Below the pieces are notes generated by a model. It was not told the DNA's origin. It worked only from the letters and a program-made list of their open reading frames with translations, and made no database searches. A stretch of DNA of 64,000 bases from a candidate division WOR-3 bacterium (GTDB lineage: Bacteria; Hydrothermota; Hydrothermia; WGAB01): assembly GCA_015490555.1 (NCBI GenBank), contig WFXO01000033.1:898-64897 (forward strand), read 5' to 3'. The number at the start of each line of letters is the position of its first letter. Within the stretch, counting starts at the first letter, position 1. Shown piece after piece: positions 45,631 to 55,903 of this stretch. A program made the position numbers and the translations under genes.

Positions 45631-46362
45631 ATGAAGCCGGAAGGCTGGGTGATAGACTTAGGGCGGATGCCCTATAAAGAAGCATGGGACCTGCAAAAAC
45701 AGGTTCACACCCTACGTGTGCAAGACCAGATCCCGGATACACTCTTACTGGTCGAGCATCCGCCCGTGATTACTCGAGGGCGGACCCCCGGTGCCCTCCA
45801 TGTTCGTGTTCCCTTCCCCCTGCTCAAAGCCCGAGGAATCGAGTTCTATGAAGTCGAACGGGGTGGGGATGTGACCTTCCATGGTCCAGGGCAACTGGTC
45901 GGCTATCCTATTTTTCGGATCTCCAATCATTTAGCAGGGATTCGTCCTTTTGTGCGGACCATAGAGTCTGCACTCATCGAAGCACTCCGCCAATTCGGGA
46001 TCCAGGCTCATCGAGATCCGGAGTATACGGGCGTCTTCGTGGGTCTGAACAAAATCGTTGCGATCGGCATCGCCGTGAAGAAATGGGTTGCCTTCCATGG
46101 GTTTGCCCTTAACGTGCATACCGATCTCCGGTACTTTGATCTCATTGTGGCTTGTGGCATCGTGGACCGCGGGGTGACCAGCATGGAAAAAGAACTCCAG
46201 CGCTCCGTTCCTTTAGATGAAGTGAAACCGGTTGTGGTGAACGCCTTTGAAAAGGTCTTTGAGCAGTCCTTCAAGCCACACTCCCTCCAGGACCTGATCC
46301 TCAAACTCCAGCGTTCACAGACCGAGACCCCGATCCTGGCGAACCGATCGGGAGGTACTTGA
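45631..46362 (+). CDS. lipB: Octanoyltransferase (lipoyl(octanoyl) transferase)
   Basis: LLLVEHPPVIT.GR and RGGDVTFHGPGQLVGYP motifs of LipB. Confidence 0.85.
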   Translation: MKPEGWVIDLGRMPYKEAWDLQKQVHTLRVQDQIPDTLLLVEHPPVITRGRTPGALHVRVPFPLLKARGIEFYEVERGGDVTFHGPGQLVGYPIFRISNHLAGIRPFVRTIESALIEALRQFGIQAHRDPEYTGVFVGLNKIVAIGIAVKKWVAFHGFALNVHTDLRYFDLIVACGIVDRGVTSMEKELQRSVPLDEVKPVVVNAFEKVFEQSFKPHSLQDLILKLQRSQTETPILANRSGGT

Positions 46363-47138
46363 TGTCACGTCGCATTTTGCCCAAAGAGCCGGTGTTGGTA
46401 TGGGCCAACGAGGATGCCGAGTATTTGACGGCCTATGAACCGGGCAAACGACTCTCCACACACCTGGGGGTCGTAATCCTCCCAGATCCTGCCTACTATG
46501 GCATGGTTGTCCCTTCCCATCAAGGGACAACCTTTTATTTGCTTCCCCCGACCACGGCCGATTTGGCCATGCGGGTCCGAAGAAAAACCAACATCATTTA
46601 CCCGAAAGAGGCCGGATTGATGATCCTGGAAACCGGGATTCAGGCAGGAAGTCGTGTTTTGGAGGTGGGAACCGGATCCGGAGCTTTGACCATCGTGCTC
46701 GCAAGAATTGTGGGAGATGAAGGGAAGGTCTATTCCTTTGACCGACGCCGGGACCTGCAGGAAAACGCCATTCGAAATGTCAAACGGGCGGGCCTTGCCC
46801 ATCGTGTTGAATTTCGGCTCCTCGATCCGACCGTGGAAGGGTTTGGGGTGGAGGAGCTCGATGCGGCTTTTGTCGATGTCCCTGAGCCCTGGACCTTGGT
46901 CCGGCCTGTGTGGGAGGCCTTGAAACCCGGTGGCAGTTGGGCCTCACTGTCCCCGAATATCGAACAAGTCCAGATGACGGTTCGGGAATTGGACGGCTTC
47001 TTTGTCCGAATCCGGACGGTCGAGGTGATCCTCCGGCCCATGCTCATCCGGGAAGGCAAAACACGCCCCAGAGAACGCATCATTGCCCACACGGGCTATC
47101 TCACCTTTGCCCAAAAGGTCTTGTACTACCAGTCTTAA
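46359..47138 (+). CDS. trmI: tRNA (adenine57/58-N1)-methyltransferase TrmI (Gcd14 family)
   Basis: Small N-terminal domain plus a Rossmann methyltransferase (VLEVGTGSGALTIVLARIVGDEGKVYSFDRR). The architecture and motif order are as in Thermus TrmI. It overlaps the lipB stop by 4 nt. Confidence 0.75.
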   Translation: MMSRRILPKEPVLVWANEDAEYLTAYEPGKRLSTHLGVVILPDPAYYGMVVPSHQGTTFYLLPPTTADLAMRVRRKTNIIYPKEAGLMILETGIQAGSRVLEVGTGSGALTIVLARIVGDEGKVYSFDRRRDLQENAIRNVKRAGLAHRVEFRLLDPTVEGFGVEELDAAFVDVPEPWTLVRPVWEALKPGGSWASLSPNIEQVQMTVRELDGFFVRIRTVEVILRPMLIREGKTRPRERIIAHTGYLTFAQKVLYYQS

Positions 47139-47150
47139 GTCTGGAATGCC

Positions 47151-47984
47151 ATGAAGATGGGGCGGGACTTTGAAGATTTCCCCTGGCTTCTGGCACACGC
47201 CGAAACGGTCGAAGACCACGAAAAGATCCGACAAATTCAAGAAGACCACTGGAGTGTGTTTCAAGAGGGCGTCCTTCCCGAAGGAGATGAACTTTTTTCG
47301 GTTCGACTCATGGGACTCACCGTATGGTTCCGACGAAGGAGCGCATATTCGTCCGTCGAGATTTTCACAGAGATCTTCAAATACCGCGCGCACATGGCAG
47401 CCCCTGGATTTGATGGGACCCACGCAAAGCACATCGTGGACCTGGGCGCGTGTGAGGGCTTTTATACCCTCAAACTTTTGACTCAGAACCCGACTTGTCA
47501 GGTCTTGGCTGTTGAACCTCATCCGGAGACCTTTGAGGTCCTCTCCCGAAACATCCGGTCCAATTTCCCTCATCGAGCGGTTCTGGTCCAGAAAGCCATT
47601 GGGGCAACCGAGGGGTTCCGGACATTGGAGTATGTTCCCCAAATCCCGGCCATTACGGCCTTTCATTTAGAACGTCCCTGGCTTCCCACCCAATGGAAAC
47701 GGCAAACGACGGTTCAGGTCATAACCCTTCCTCAACTGTTGGAACAAACGGGATGGTCCCATATCGATCTCCTCAAAATGGACATTGAGGGAGCGGAAGT
47801 GGAGGCGCTTCAAGGAGCCCGTCCAATTTTCCATCGAATTGACCGGATGGTGATCGAATACCATGGATCGGATCTTCGAGAAGAGATTCTCGAACTCCTG
47901 GCTCCATGGTTTGAGTGTGTCCATGAAGAATCGAGGCCGGAGGGCTCACCGTTTGGGGATTTATACTTCGTGCGGAGGGGATAA
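47151..47984 (+). CDS. FkbM-family SAM-dependent methyltransferase
   Basis: VDLGACEGFYTL...VLAVEPHPETFEVL...IDLLKMDIEGAEVEAL is the FkbM-domain pattern. Confidence 0.7.
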   Translation: MKMGRDFEDFPWLLAHAETVEDHEKIRQIQEDHWSVFQEGVLPEGDELFSVRLMGLTVWFRRRSAYSSVEIFTEIFKYRAHMAAPGFDGTHAKHIVDLGACEGFYTLKLLTQNPTCQVLAVEPHPETFEVLSRNIRSNFPHRAVLVQKAIGATEGFRTLEYVPQIPAITAFHLERPWLPTQWKRQTTVQVITLPQLLEQTGWSHIDLLKMDIEGAEVEALQGARPIFHRIDRMVIEYHGSDLREEILELLAPWFECVHEESRPEGSPFGDLYFVRRG

Positions 47985-48950
47985 TCAGAGATCTCTGTCT
48001 CGAACCACCCAGGTGCCGGAGTGTCCCAGGACCGCCCGGGTGAGGGCTTCCGGCGAGGTAATCACCGTAGCGATTCCTCCATTTTGGAGGAATTCCATTG
48101 CTGCTCGGATTTTCGGGGCCATACTGCCTTCTGCAAATTGGCCATCTTCCAAGTAACGGCGGGCTTCAGAGATCCCCATCCGGGGGATCGGGCGTTGCTT
48201 CGGGGTCCCGTAATCCAGATAAACAAATTCCACCGCTGTAGAGATGATGAAATACCGGACATTCAGGAGTTTCCCGAGAAGGCTGGAGGCATAATCCTTA
48301 TCGATGACGGCCTCGACCCCCTGGTAAGTTCCATCCGGCGTTTCAACGACCGGGATCCCGCCCCCGCCCACTGCGATCACGACGAAGCCCTGTTCAAAAA
48401 GGGATCGAATTGCCGAAATTTCGACGATTTTCTTGGGTTTTGGGGAGGGGACAACACGCCGCCACCCCCTTCCGGCGTCTTCTTTCATTACCCAGCCCTC
48501 CCGAGCCATCAGGAGTTGGGCTTCTTCAGCGGTAAAGAAAGGGCCGATAGGCTTTGTAGGATTCTGGAAGGCTGGGTCTTGAGGATCTACAACGACCCGG
48601 GTCATCACCGTTGCCACCGGCTTCTGGATGCCGCGTTTCCGGAATTCCCGTTCTAAGGCCTGTTGAAGAAGATAGCCAATGGTGGCCTGGGTGGAGGCAA
48701 CACAGACATCCAGAGGATCTGTATGGAGGCCAAAGAGTTTCCGACCCGCCTCTGCACGCAGGACTGCAAAGCCTACTTGGGGTCCATTGCCATGCGTTAA
48801 GATGGCCTCAAACCCCATTTGAATTAAATCGGCGATGTGAACACTGGTCTCTTGGATCGCAGCCATTTGGTCCGCGATGGTCTGGTGCTCCTTGTCGCGG
48901 ATGAGAGAGTTGCCACCAATCGCGATCACAGCCGTTTTCTTTTCTTCCAT
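47985..48950 (-). CDS. arcC: Carbamate kinase
   Basis: VIAIGGNSL N-terminus, THGNGPQVG, and the amino-acid-kinase fold. No arcA/arcB neighbours. Confidence 0.85.
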   Translation of the reverse strand: MEEKKTAVIAIGGNSLIRDKEHQTIADQMAAIQETSVHIADLIQMGFEAILTHGNGPQVGFAVLRAEAGRKLFGLHTDPLDVCVASTQATIGYLLQQALEREFRKRGIQKPVATVMTRVVVDPQDPAFQNPTKPIGPFFTAEEAQLLMAREGWVMKEDAGRGWRRVVPSPKPKKIVEISAIRSLFEQGFVVIAVGGGGIPVVETPDGTYQGVEAVIDKDYASSLLGKLLNVRYFIISTAVEFVYLDYGTPKQRPIPRMGISEARRYLEDGQFAEGSMAPKIRAAMEFLQNGGIATVITSPEALTRAVLGHSGTWVVRDRDL

Positions 48951-49207
48951 GGCACCTTCTCCCGAGAAGTTGCGTCCCCGTCTCTCGTTGTTTTCTTATT
49001 CCGGGAATCACATGGGACGCTTAATCCTATGGGATGACGTGAATAAAGTCAAAACCACTGTTCTCAAGTTTTTCGATGAGACGCGCGGGAAGAAGAGCGG
49101 CCTCTGGACGTACGTTGCAGGTAGAACACCCCAGAGTTCCTGTAGTTTTCTTCAATCTCACCCCTTCCCTTTCCCAGGCTTTCCCTGGATAATAGGCATG
49201 AATCTGA

Positions 49208-49237
49208 TTGATAGAAGTGGGTGGTTAGGTGTATACT
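49208..49237 (+). promoter_or_regulatory. Sigma-70-type promoter for the suf operon (-35 TTGATA, 18-nt spacer, -10 TATACT)
   Basis: Read from the sequence, in the only sizeable AT-richer gap (48951-49282) before sufC. Confidence 0.45.
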
Positions 49238-49282
49238 GTAAATACTTGAGCATTTTACTAAACCATTTCCATGGAGGTTGCA

Positions 49283-50056
49283 ATGGATCGACTCGAGATT
49301 AAGGATCTTCACGTTCAAGTTGAGGGGAAGGAGATTTTACGGGGTGTCTCCCTGACCATTGAAAAAGGGAAAATCCATGCTTTGATGGGCCCGAATGGGT
49401 CTGGCAAAAGTACATTGGCTATGGTTCTTTTGGGACACCCCAAGTATGAGGTAACCCAGGGCGAGATTTGGTACAAAGGGCAAAATCTCTTGGAACTCTC
49501 ACCGGATGAACGTGCCAAATTGGGCTTGTTTTTAGCCTTCCAGTATCCTTTCGAGATCGAGGGAGTCAGTCTGTCCCATTTTCTTTGGACGGCGATCATG
49601 GAGCGGAAGAAGTCGAACGGTCACGCCTATCCCTCGAACCCATTGGAATACCGGAAAGAACTCCGAAAACACCTCCAACGATTGCAATTAAGTGACGATT
49701 TTATCGATCGGTATGTGAATGTTGGGTTTTCCGGTGGGGAGAAGAAACGCACAGAAATCCTTCAGATGTTGGTGCTTAAGCCCGAGATCGCAGTATTGGA
49801 TGAAGTGGATTCTGGCCTGGACATCGACTCTGTTCGTATTGTTGCAGAAGCCGTGAATGCCATGCGAGGACCGAATTTCGGAGCCCTCGTGATTACGCAC
49901 TACCAGCGGATCCTGAACTACCTCACACCGGATGTGGTTCATGTTATGATCCGCGGAAAAATCGTGAGAACGGGGGATGTACACCTGGTCCATGAATTGG
50001 AAGCCAAGGGATACGACTGGCTCATTCAGGAGGTTGGCGAGGAGGTCCAAACATGA
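49283..50056 (+). CDS. sufC: Fe-S cluster assembly ATPase SufC
   Basis: Walker [13 protein letters not shown] signature FSGGEKKR, Walker [11 protein letters not shown]. The start could be 49271. Confidence 0.85.
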   Translation: MDRLEIKDLHVQVEGKEILRGVSLTIEKGKIHALMGPNGSGKSTLAMVLLGHPKYEVTQGEIWYKGQNLLELSPDERAKLGLFLAFQYPFEIEGVSLSHFLWTAIMERKKSNGHAYPSNPLEYRKELRKHLQRLQLSDDFIDRYVNVGFSGGEKKRTEILQMLVLKPEIAVLDEVDSGLDIDSVRIVAEAVNAMRGPNFGALVITHYQRILNYLTPDVVHVMIRGKIVRTGDVHLVHELEAKGYDWLIQEVGEEVQT

Positions 50057-51474
50057 ATACCGTGGACGAAAAGAAATCTTTGAAGAAGGAACTTTCTGTT
50101 GATTATTCCAAGTATGATTTCAAAGACGAAGCCGTGTATGTGCATACGGCAAAGCGCGGGCTCTCCCGCGAGGTCGTCGAAGAAATTTCCTCCATTAAGG
50201 AGGAACCTGACTGGATGAGGGAATTTCGCCTCCGGGCTTTGGAGATCTTTCTCAAGAAGCCGATGCCCACCTGGGGCGCGGATCTGTCCGAGATCAAGTT
50301 TGACGAGTTCATTTACTACGCTCGGCCCTCTGAGAAAAAGGCGTCTTCTTGGGATGACGTGCCAGATTACATCAAAGAGACCTTTGAGCGCTTAGGGATC
50401 CCGGAAGCGGAACGAAAGTTCCTCGCCGGTGTAGGGGCCCAGTACGAATCCGAGGTCGTGTATCATAGCATCCGCAAAGATCTGGAAGAAAAAGGGGTCA
50501 TTTTTCTGGATACGGACACTGCTTTAAAGGAATACCCGGAACTTTTCCGTGAATATTTCGCTACCGTCGTGCCTCCCGATGATAACAAATTTGCTGCCCT
50601 GAACTCTGCCTTTTGGTCGGGTGGGTCGTTCATTTATGTCCCTCCGGGCGTCAAGGTAGATATTCCTCTGCAGGCCTATTTCCGTATCAACGCCCAGAAT
50701 ATTGGACAGTTTGAGCGAACGCTCATCATTGCGGATGAGGGGAGTTCTGTGCACTATATTGAGGGGTGTACCGCCCCGATTTACTCAACGGAGTCTCTGC
50801 ATTCTGCAGTGGTGGAGATCATCGCGAAACGCGGTGCCCACGTGCGGTATACCACGATTCAGAACTGGTCTTACAACGTTTACAACTTGGTGACCAAGCG
50901 GGCAGTGGCGTATGCCGATGCCTTTGTGGAATGGGTGGACGGGAACTTGGGAAGTAAAGTGACTATGAAGTATCCCGCAGTCTACATGCTCGAGCCCGGT
51001 GCCCGGGCCAGCATCCTTTCCATCGCCTTAGCGGGCAAAGGCCAACATCAGGATGCCGGCGCCAAAGTGATCCATGCCGCACCCAACACGACGTCGACCA
51101 TTACTTCCAAATCTATTTCCAAAGATGGCGGTCGAGCGACCTATCGCGGGCTTGTCAAGGTGCATAAAGGCGCTGTCAATTCCCATGTAAGCGTCAATTG
51201 TGATGCCTTGATCCTGGATGAACATTCCCGGTCCGACACTTATCCCACCATGGAAATTGAGGAAGAAGAGGTCTATATCGCTCACGAAGCGACCGTCGGG
51301 AAGATTGGAGATGATCAGTTGTTCTATGTGATGTCTCGAGGACTCCCACAGGAGGAGGCTCTTTCCTTGATCGTTTTGGGATTCATCGAACCCTTCGTAA
51401 AGGAGTTACCGATGGAATACGCGGTAGAACTGAACCGACTTATCCGCTTGGAGATGGAAGGTTCCGTGGGCTGA
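50053..51474 (+). CDS. sufB: Fe-S cluster assembly protein SufB
   Basis: SufB/SufD C-terminal signature and the typical 473-aa length. It overlaps the sufC stop by 4 nt. Confidence 0.9.
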   Translation: MNTVDEKKSLKKELSVDYSKYDFKDEAVYVHTAKRGLSREVVEEISSIKEEPDWMREFRLRALEIFLKKPMPTWGADLSEIKFDEFIYYARPSEKKASSWDDVPDYIKETFERLGIPEAERKFLAGVGAQYESEVVYHSIRKDLEEKGVIFLDTDTALKEYPELFREYFATVVPPDDNKFAALNSAFWSGGSFIYVPPGVKVDIPLQAYFRINAQNIGQFERTLIIADEGSSVHYIEGCTAPIYSTESLHSAVVEIIAKRGAHVRYTTIQNWSYNVYNLVTKRAVAYADAFVEWVDGNLGSKVTMKYPAVYMLEPGARASILSIALAGKGQHQDAGAKVIHAAPNTTSTITSKSISKDGGRATYRGLVKVHKGAVNSHVSVNCDALILDEHSRSDTYPTMEIEEEEVYIAHEATVGKIGDDQLFYVMSRGLPQEEALSLIVLGFIEPFVKELPMEYAVELNRLIRLEMEGSVG

Positions 51475-51479
51475 GGAGA

Positions 51480-52733
51480 ATGACGATGAAAACTCAAGCC
51501 ATCGATCTCCATCGTTTTGTCGACGAACCGGTGTGGTTTACAGACCTCCGGCAAAAAGCCCTTTATCAGAGCATTGAACTCCCGCTTCCCGAGACCCGCT
51601 TCACGAAGTTTCGTGGGTTGGATCTTCACCGCATTGCGGACATCCCCAAGCCATCGAAGCCCTTTACCCCTAAAGCCCTCGATCAGGACTCGACCCCTTT
51701 TCCCAGTCCCTGGGTCTTCCTCTTCCGAAACGGGCGTCTGGAAGCCGCTCCAAAGTCGACCCCCCGAGATGTAAACCTTCAGATTTTTCCCCTGGACCAA
51801 GCCTTGAGCCATCCCCTTCCGTCCCTGAAAGAAACGTTTGAATCCTGGCAACCTCGTGACAAGTTGGAAGCCCTTCATTTGGCATATCTCTCGGGGGGGG
51901 TTGTGATCTTTGTCCCCGAGGGTTTACACCTTGAACAGCCGGTATACATCCAGATCGAGCATCAAGATGGGTACACTCTGGCATTTCATACCTGGATCTT
52001 CTTGGGGAAGGGAGCATCTCTGACCCTGATCCAGGAGGAGCGATCCACGGAAGAAGGGTATGTATCCCATGTGATCCACGTGCATCTCGAAGAGGGGAGT
52101 CATCTCAATTACGGCTCGATTCAATCTCTGGGAAAAAGGGTATATCACGTGCGGCGTAACTTTGGATTTGTGGGACGGTATGCCCATCTGGACTGGTCCG
52201 CGATTTGGTTAGGAGGGAAGTTGGTACAATCGAAAACAGAGACTTATCTCCGAGGTGAGGGAGCAGAGGCTACAGATTCTCAAGTTTTCTTTGGGACCCA
52301 ACGTCAGCATATAGATCTCACCTCAAACTTACGGCACCTCGTTCCAAATACCCAGGGGTTTGTGTTTATCCAGGGGGTTTTGAAAGATCGTGCTCGGGCG
52401 GTGCTCCAGGGGTTGATTCGGATCGAACCTGGCGCACAGAATACGAACTCTTATTTAGAGGAGCACGCTTTACTCCTCAACCGTGGAACACATGCAGATA
52501 CCGAACCTGCTTTGGAGATTGAAGCGGATGAAGTCCGTGCGTCCCACGCCGCCACGGTGAGCAAAATCGAAGACGACCAAGTTTTTTATCTCCAGACCCG
52601 AGGACTCTCACGCCCCGAAGCCGTGAAACTGATCGCTCGAGGGTTCCTGACCCCCGGGATTCAGAAACTGAAAATCCCCTATATTCGAGAGCATTTAGAT
52701 CGTCTTTTTGATGAGAAGTGGGGGGAGAAGTAG
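51480..52733 (+). CDS. sufD: Fe-S cluster assembly protein SufD
   Basis: Paralogous to sufB (shared ...HTD/...E..VF.L..RG-type C-terminal blocks) and positioned after sufB. Confidence 0.8.
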   Translation: MTMKTQAIDLHRFVDEPVWFTDLRQKALYQSIELPLPETRFTKFRGLDLHRIADIPKPSKPFTPKALDQDSTPFPSPWVFLFRNGRLEAAPKSTPRDVNLQIFPLDQALSHPLPSLKETFESWQPRDKLEALHLAYLSGGVVIFVPEGLHLEQPVYIQIEHQDGYTLAFHTWIFLGKGASLTLIQEERSTEEGYVSHVIHVHLEEGSHLNYGSIQSLGKRVYHVRRNFGFVGRYAHLDWSAIWLGGKLVQSKTETYLRGEGAEATDSQVFFGTQRQHIDLTSNLRHLVPNTQGFVFIQGVLKDRARAVLQGLIRIEPGAQNTNSYLEEHALLLNRGTHADTEPALEIEADEVRASHAATVSKIEDDQVFYLQTRGLSRPEAVKLIARGFLTPGIQKLKIPYIREHLDRLFDEKWGEK

Positions 52734-52742
52734 TTCCCTCCC

Positions 52743-53825
52743 TTATTGCCACAGCATCAAGATCACTTCTAATAAGATCAGCAGAAGGATCGACATCTCC
52801 AGGATCTCTAATCGGATGTTTGAGATTTCCTGGCCGATGAATTGATAGAACTGGTTAAACATTTCGATCTTATTCTCGATGTTTCGGATCCGTTCTAAAG
52901 AGCGGAAGACTTGCTGGGCGGACCGGTAGACCCTTGCAAAATACACATCTTCGGTGATTTTAATCGCGTTCATCACCCGTTCAATGACTTCGGTGATTTC
53001 CAATCGGCTTTGGAACAGGCGGCGCATCACCCGCCGGTAATGGCCAATATGAAGCCAGAGAAAACGTTGGGGATGTTCGACTTGTTCATAGGCATGTGCC
53101 AACTCCCGGTCTAACAGTTCATCGTAATAGGTCAACTCCAAAATCTGGACATGTGCAAACTCCAGAATATCGGGAATTTCCATGATCCCGGAAGGTTCAA
53201 CCACAATGGCCGCTTCCCATCCGATCACGACCAGGTCTTCGGTGGAGTACGAATAACTATGTCGCAACAGATCCTGGCGAATTTGTGGGGAAAAGTCTTC
53301 GTCTTCACCATACAGTAACCTGGGGAGATCTGCCTGTTCCCTAAAGGTTTCCAGAGGTACAGAGAGACGCTCGAAATAGTAAATGAGATATTCCTCGGTC
53401 AACTCTTTTACATGCGGTTGCACCAGATAGGGGTGGAGGGCCTTCATCAGTTCATCCAGATACCGCCGACAAAGAGTTTCGAACACTTCATCATAGAGGA
53501 AATCGATCCATCGTTCTAAACCCCTGAGGTCGGTGTGAGGGGGCAGCGGAATACGGAGTAGAAAACTCACGGCCCCAAAGTCATACAGTCGAACATGGAG
53601 ACTTCCGGTATATGGGGAATTTTGCCATTCAAAGGAGACGGAGCCTAACCGCAAGGTGAGAGGGGGTTGAGGAACGACAACGGCTTTCAGGGTCTTGCGA
53701 GTCAGTCTGAAACGGCTTGCTTTCCGTCGAAAATCCGGCGAGTTTTCGATCCCCTCCAAGTCAATTTCTTCAGCAATGTCAAAAAACTTATAGACGAGAA
53801 GGCTTCCTCGTTGAACCTTGGCCAT
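52743..53825 (-). CDS. Hypothetical protein with C-terminal transmembrane helix (possibly DUF155/RMND1-like)
   Basis: About 360 aa and mostly soluble. YDFGAVSFLL and VVIGWEAAIVV blocks are reminiscent of DUF155. A single C-terminal transmembrane segment (ILEMSILLLILLEVILMLW). Confidence 0.45.
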   Translation of the reverse strand: MAKVQRGSLLVYKFFDIAEEIDLEGIENSPDFRRKASRFRLTRKTLKAVVVPQPPLTLRLGSVSFEWQNSPYTGSLHVRLYDFGAVSFLLRIPLPPHTDLRGLERWIDFLYDEVFETLCRRYLDELMKALHPYLVQPHVKELTEEYLIYYFERLSVPLETFREQADLPRLLYGEDEDFSPQIRQDLLRHSYSYSTEDLVVIGWEAAIVVEPSGIMEIPDILEFAHVQILELTYYDELLDRELAHAYEQVEHPQRFLWLHIGHYRRVMRRLFQSRLEITEVIERVMNAIKITEDVYFARVYRSAQQVFRSLERIRNIENKIEMFNQFYQFIGQEISNIRLEILEMSILLLILLEVILMLWQ

Positions 53826-53839
53826 CGCTTGGATTCCCA

Positions 53840-54487
53840 TTATCTTCGAGGCGGGGGTGGGGCAACTGGGGCTTGCCCGCGCAGGTGTTGCTCAATCGTG
53901 GAGATGAGGACACGGATCGCCACGTCGTTGAATCCCCCTTCGGGGATGATGATGTCCGCGTATGCCTTGCTCGGCTCAACAAACTCCAAATGCATCGGAC
54001 GAACCGTCGCAAGATACTGCTCGATAACCGATTCCACGGTCCGTCCCCGTTCTCGAATGTCGCGGGTGAGACGACGAATGAACCGGATGTCATCTGGAGT
54101 ATCCACAAAGATTTTGATATCTAAGAGACTTCGAATCCGCGGGTCATGAAGAACCAGGATGCCTTCCAGAATGATGACATCGCCAGGTTGAACCCGGATG
54201 GTTTTGGAGGAGCGGGTGTGGGTTTTGAAGTCGTACACCGGCATTTCGATCGCTTCCCCTTGCTTGAGTGCTAAAAGGTGCCGGATGAGCAAGTCGGTGT
54301 CGAAGGCATCGGGATGGTCATAATTGACCTTGATCCGTTCCTCCATTGGGAGGTGGCTCTGATCTTTATAGTAGGCGTCTTGGGGGAGGACGACCACCCT
54401 CGCATGGCGAAAGTACTCTTGAATCCGTTGGGCAACGGTCGTTTTCCCTGAGCCGGTACCTCCCGCGATGCCGATGAGGAGGGTCAC
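53840..54487 (-). CDS. udk: Uridine kinase
   Basis: [15 protein letters not shown]-loop and the Udk length and pattern. Confidence 0.85.
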   Translation of the reverse strand: MTLLIGIAGGTGSGKTTVAQRIQEYFRHARVVVLPQDAYYKDQSHLPMEERIKVNYDHPDAFDTDLLIRHLLALKQGEAIEMPVYDFKTHTRSSKTIRVQPGDVIILEGILVLHDPRIRSLLDIKIFVDTPDDIRFIRRLTRDIRERGRTVESVIEQYLATVRPMHLEFVEPSKAYADIIIPEGGFNDVAIRVLISTIEQHLRGQAPVAPPPPRR

Positions 54488-55756
54488 TTAACCTCCTTTG
54501 ATTTCAACGTAAATCTTTTTTCGGAGGCGCTCGGTCAGTTTATCGATCTCCTGTTGGAGTTTCCGTTGCTGGAGGAGCAACGTCAGATCCTGTTGGACTT
54601 CCTCGAAGGTGGGTTTCCCACCCTTTTTCTTATCTAAAACCTGGATGATGTAGATCCCGGTCTCCGTTTCTATCGGTTTGCTGAAGGTCCCCACGGTAAG
54701 GGTGTCAACGACTTCCCGAATCTTAGAAGGGAGTTGAGGAATCGGGAAGTAACCCACCAGTCCCCCCTTGTCACGCGTGGTAGGATCGTCTGAGTACCGT
54801 TTTGCGAGTTCTTCAAAGGGCTGGCCGTCCTTGAGTCGTTTGTAAATCCCGCGAGCCAGAGTTCGCGCGCGTTCGGAGTCCTGGGCTGTGGGGATTGGAG
54901 CAATCAGGATATGGCGAAGACGCACCAGGTCTCCGTTTCGATCATCCACTCGAAAGATATGGAACCCCAACTCATCATAATAGGGCTCTGAGATCTCTCC
55001 AGGTTCTAAATTTTTAATGATGCTTGCAATGGGATCTTGGATTTCGGAAAGCCGGATATACCCCAAATCACCCCCCAGGTCTCGGGTGTTGGGATCATCA
55101 GAATACTGCATAGCCAGTGTAGCAAAGTCTTCCCCGTTTTTGAGGCGTTGGTAGATCTTGTTTGCCCTCTCTTTGGCCTCATCGATTTGCTTTTGGGAAG
55201 GTTTGATGCGGATGAGAATGTGGGCGAGTTGGGCCATGGGGGGACGGCTGGGGATGGAATCTTTGTTTTGTTCATAAAACTCCCGGACCTCCGCAGGGGT
55301 CACCACAATTTTGGGCTTAATTCGCTTTTCAATCAGTTTTTGAATGTACAGTTGATCCCGAATCTGCTTCCGAATCTTTTCTTTGAATTCCTCCAGCGTT
55401 AAGCCTTCGGCTTTTAATTCTGCCTCAAATTGGTCTTTTCCCAGGCTCTGTCGGATCTCTTGGATTTGGTTCTCAACGGCTTGATCTACTTCCTCATCTG
55501 TCACCTTGATGCTCGTATCTTGCTTGGCCTCGTGGAGGAGGAGTTTCTCTTTGATCAGTTCGTTGAGAATCTCATCGCGAAGGGCCTGGGCCTCTTCTTC
55601 TCCAACCTGATATTGGCCCTTCAGGAACTCCATGGTTTCCCGGATGTCCGACTCTAAAATCACCTCATCTCCGACAACGGCCACAACTTTATCTTGGGTG
55701 CGCTCTTGGGCATGAAGAGCCACCGCCACAATGAGAACTGCAATCCATTTCTTCAT
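54488..55756 (-). CDS. Periplasmic peptidyl-prolyl isomerase/chaperone of the SurA/PpiD type (two parvulin domains)
   Basis: Signal peptide MKKWIAVLIVAVALHA. A SurA_N-like region and two parvulin-like segments (..HILI.. repeats). Confidence 0.7.
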   Translation of the reverse strand: MKKWIAVLIVAVALHAQERTQDKVVAVVGDEVILESDIRETMEFLKGQYQVGEEEAQALRDEILNELIKEKLLLHEAKQDTSIKVTDEEVDQAVENQIQEIRQSLGKDQFEAELKAEGLTLEEFKEKIRKQIRDQLYIQKLIEKRIKPKIVVTPAEVREFYEQNKDSIPSRPPMAQLAHILIRIKPSQKQIDEAKERANKIYQRLKNGEDFATLAMQYSDDPNTRDLGGDLGYIRLSEIQDPIASIIKNLEPGEISEPYYDELGFHIFRVDDRNGDLVRLRHILIAPIPTAQDSERARTLARGIYKRLKDGQPFEELAKRYSDDPTTRDKGGLVGYFPIPQLPSKIREVVDTLTVGTFSKPIETETGIYIIQVLDKKKGGKPTFEEVQQDLTLLLQQRKLQQEIDKLTERLRKKIYVEIKGG

Positions 55757-55903
55757 CGGTTTGAGACCTCCTTCACGCGTCTAAATTATAACCCACAACC
55801 TTGAAGATTCAGGGAAAGGCAGGAAACCACACGAGGATTTTCGCCAGGCCGTAAACTTTATAGGATACTTCGGCCTATTGCTACCAACTGTTGGGACTCA
55901 GAG

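Noticed and set aside
46944-47666. 240-aa minus-strand ORF
   Set aside because: Antisense to trmI/fkbM. No motifs.
48021-48656. 211-aa plus-strand ORF
   Set aside because: Antisense to the carbamate kinase gene, which has a strong family signature.
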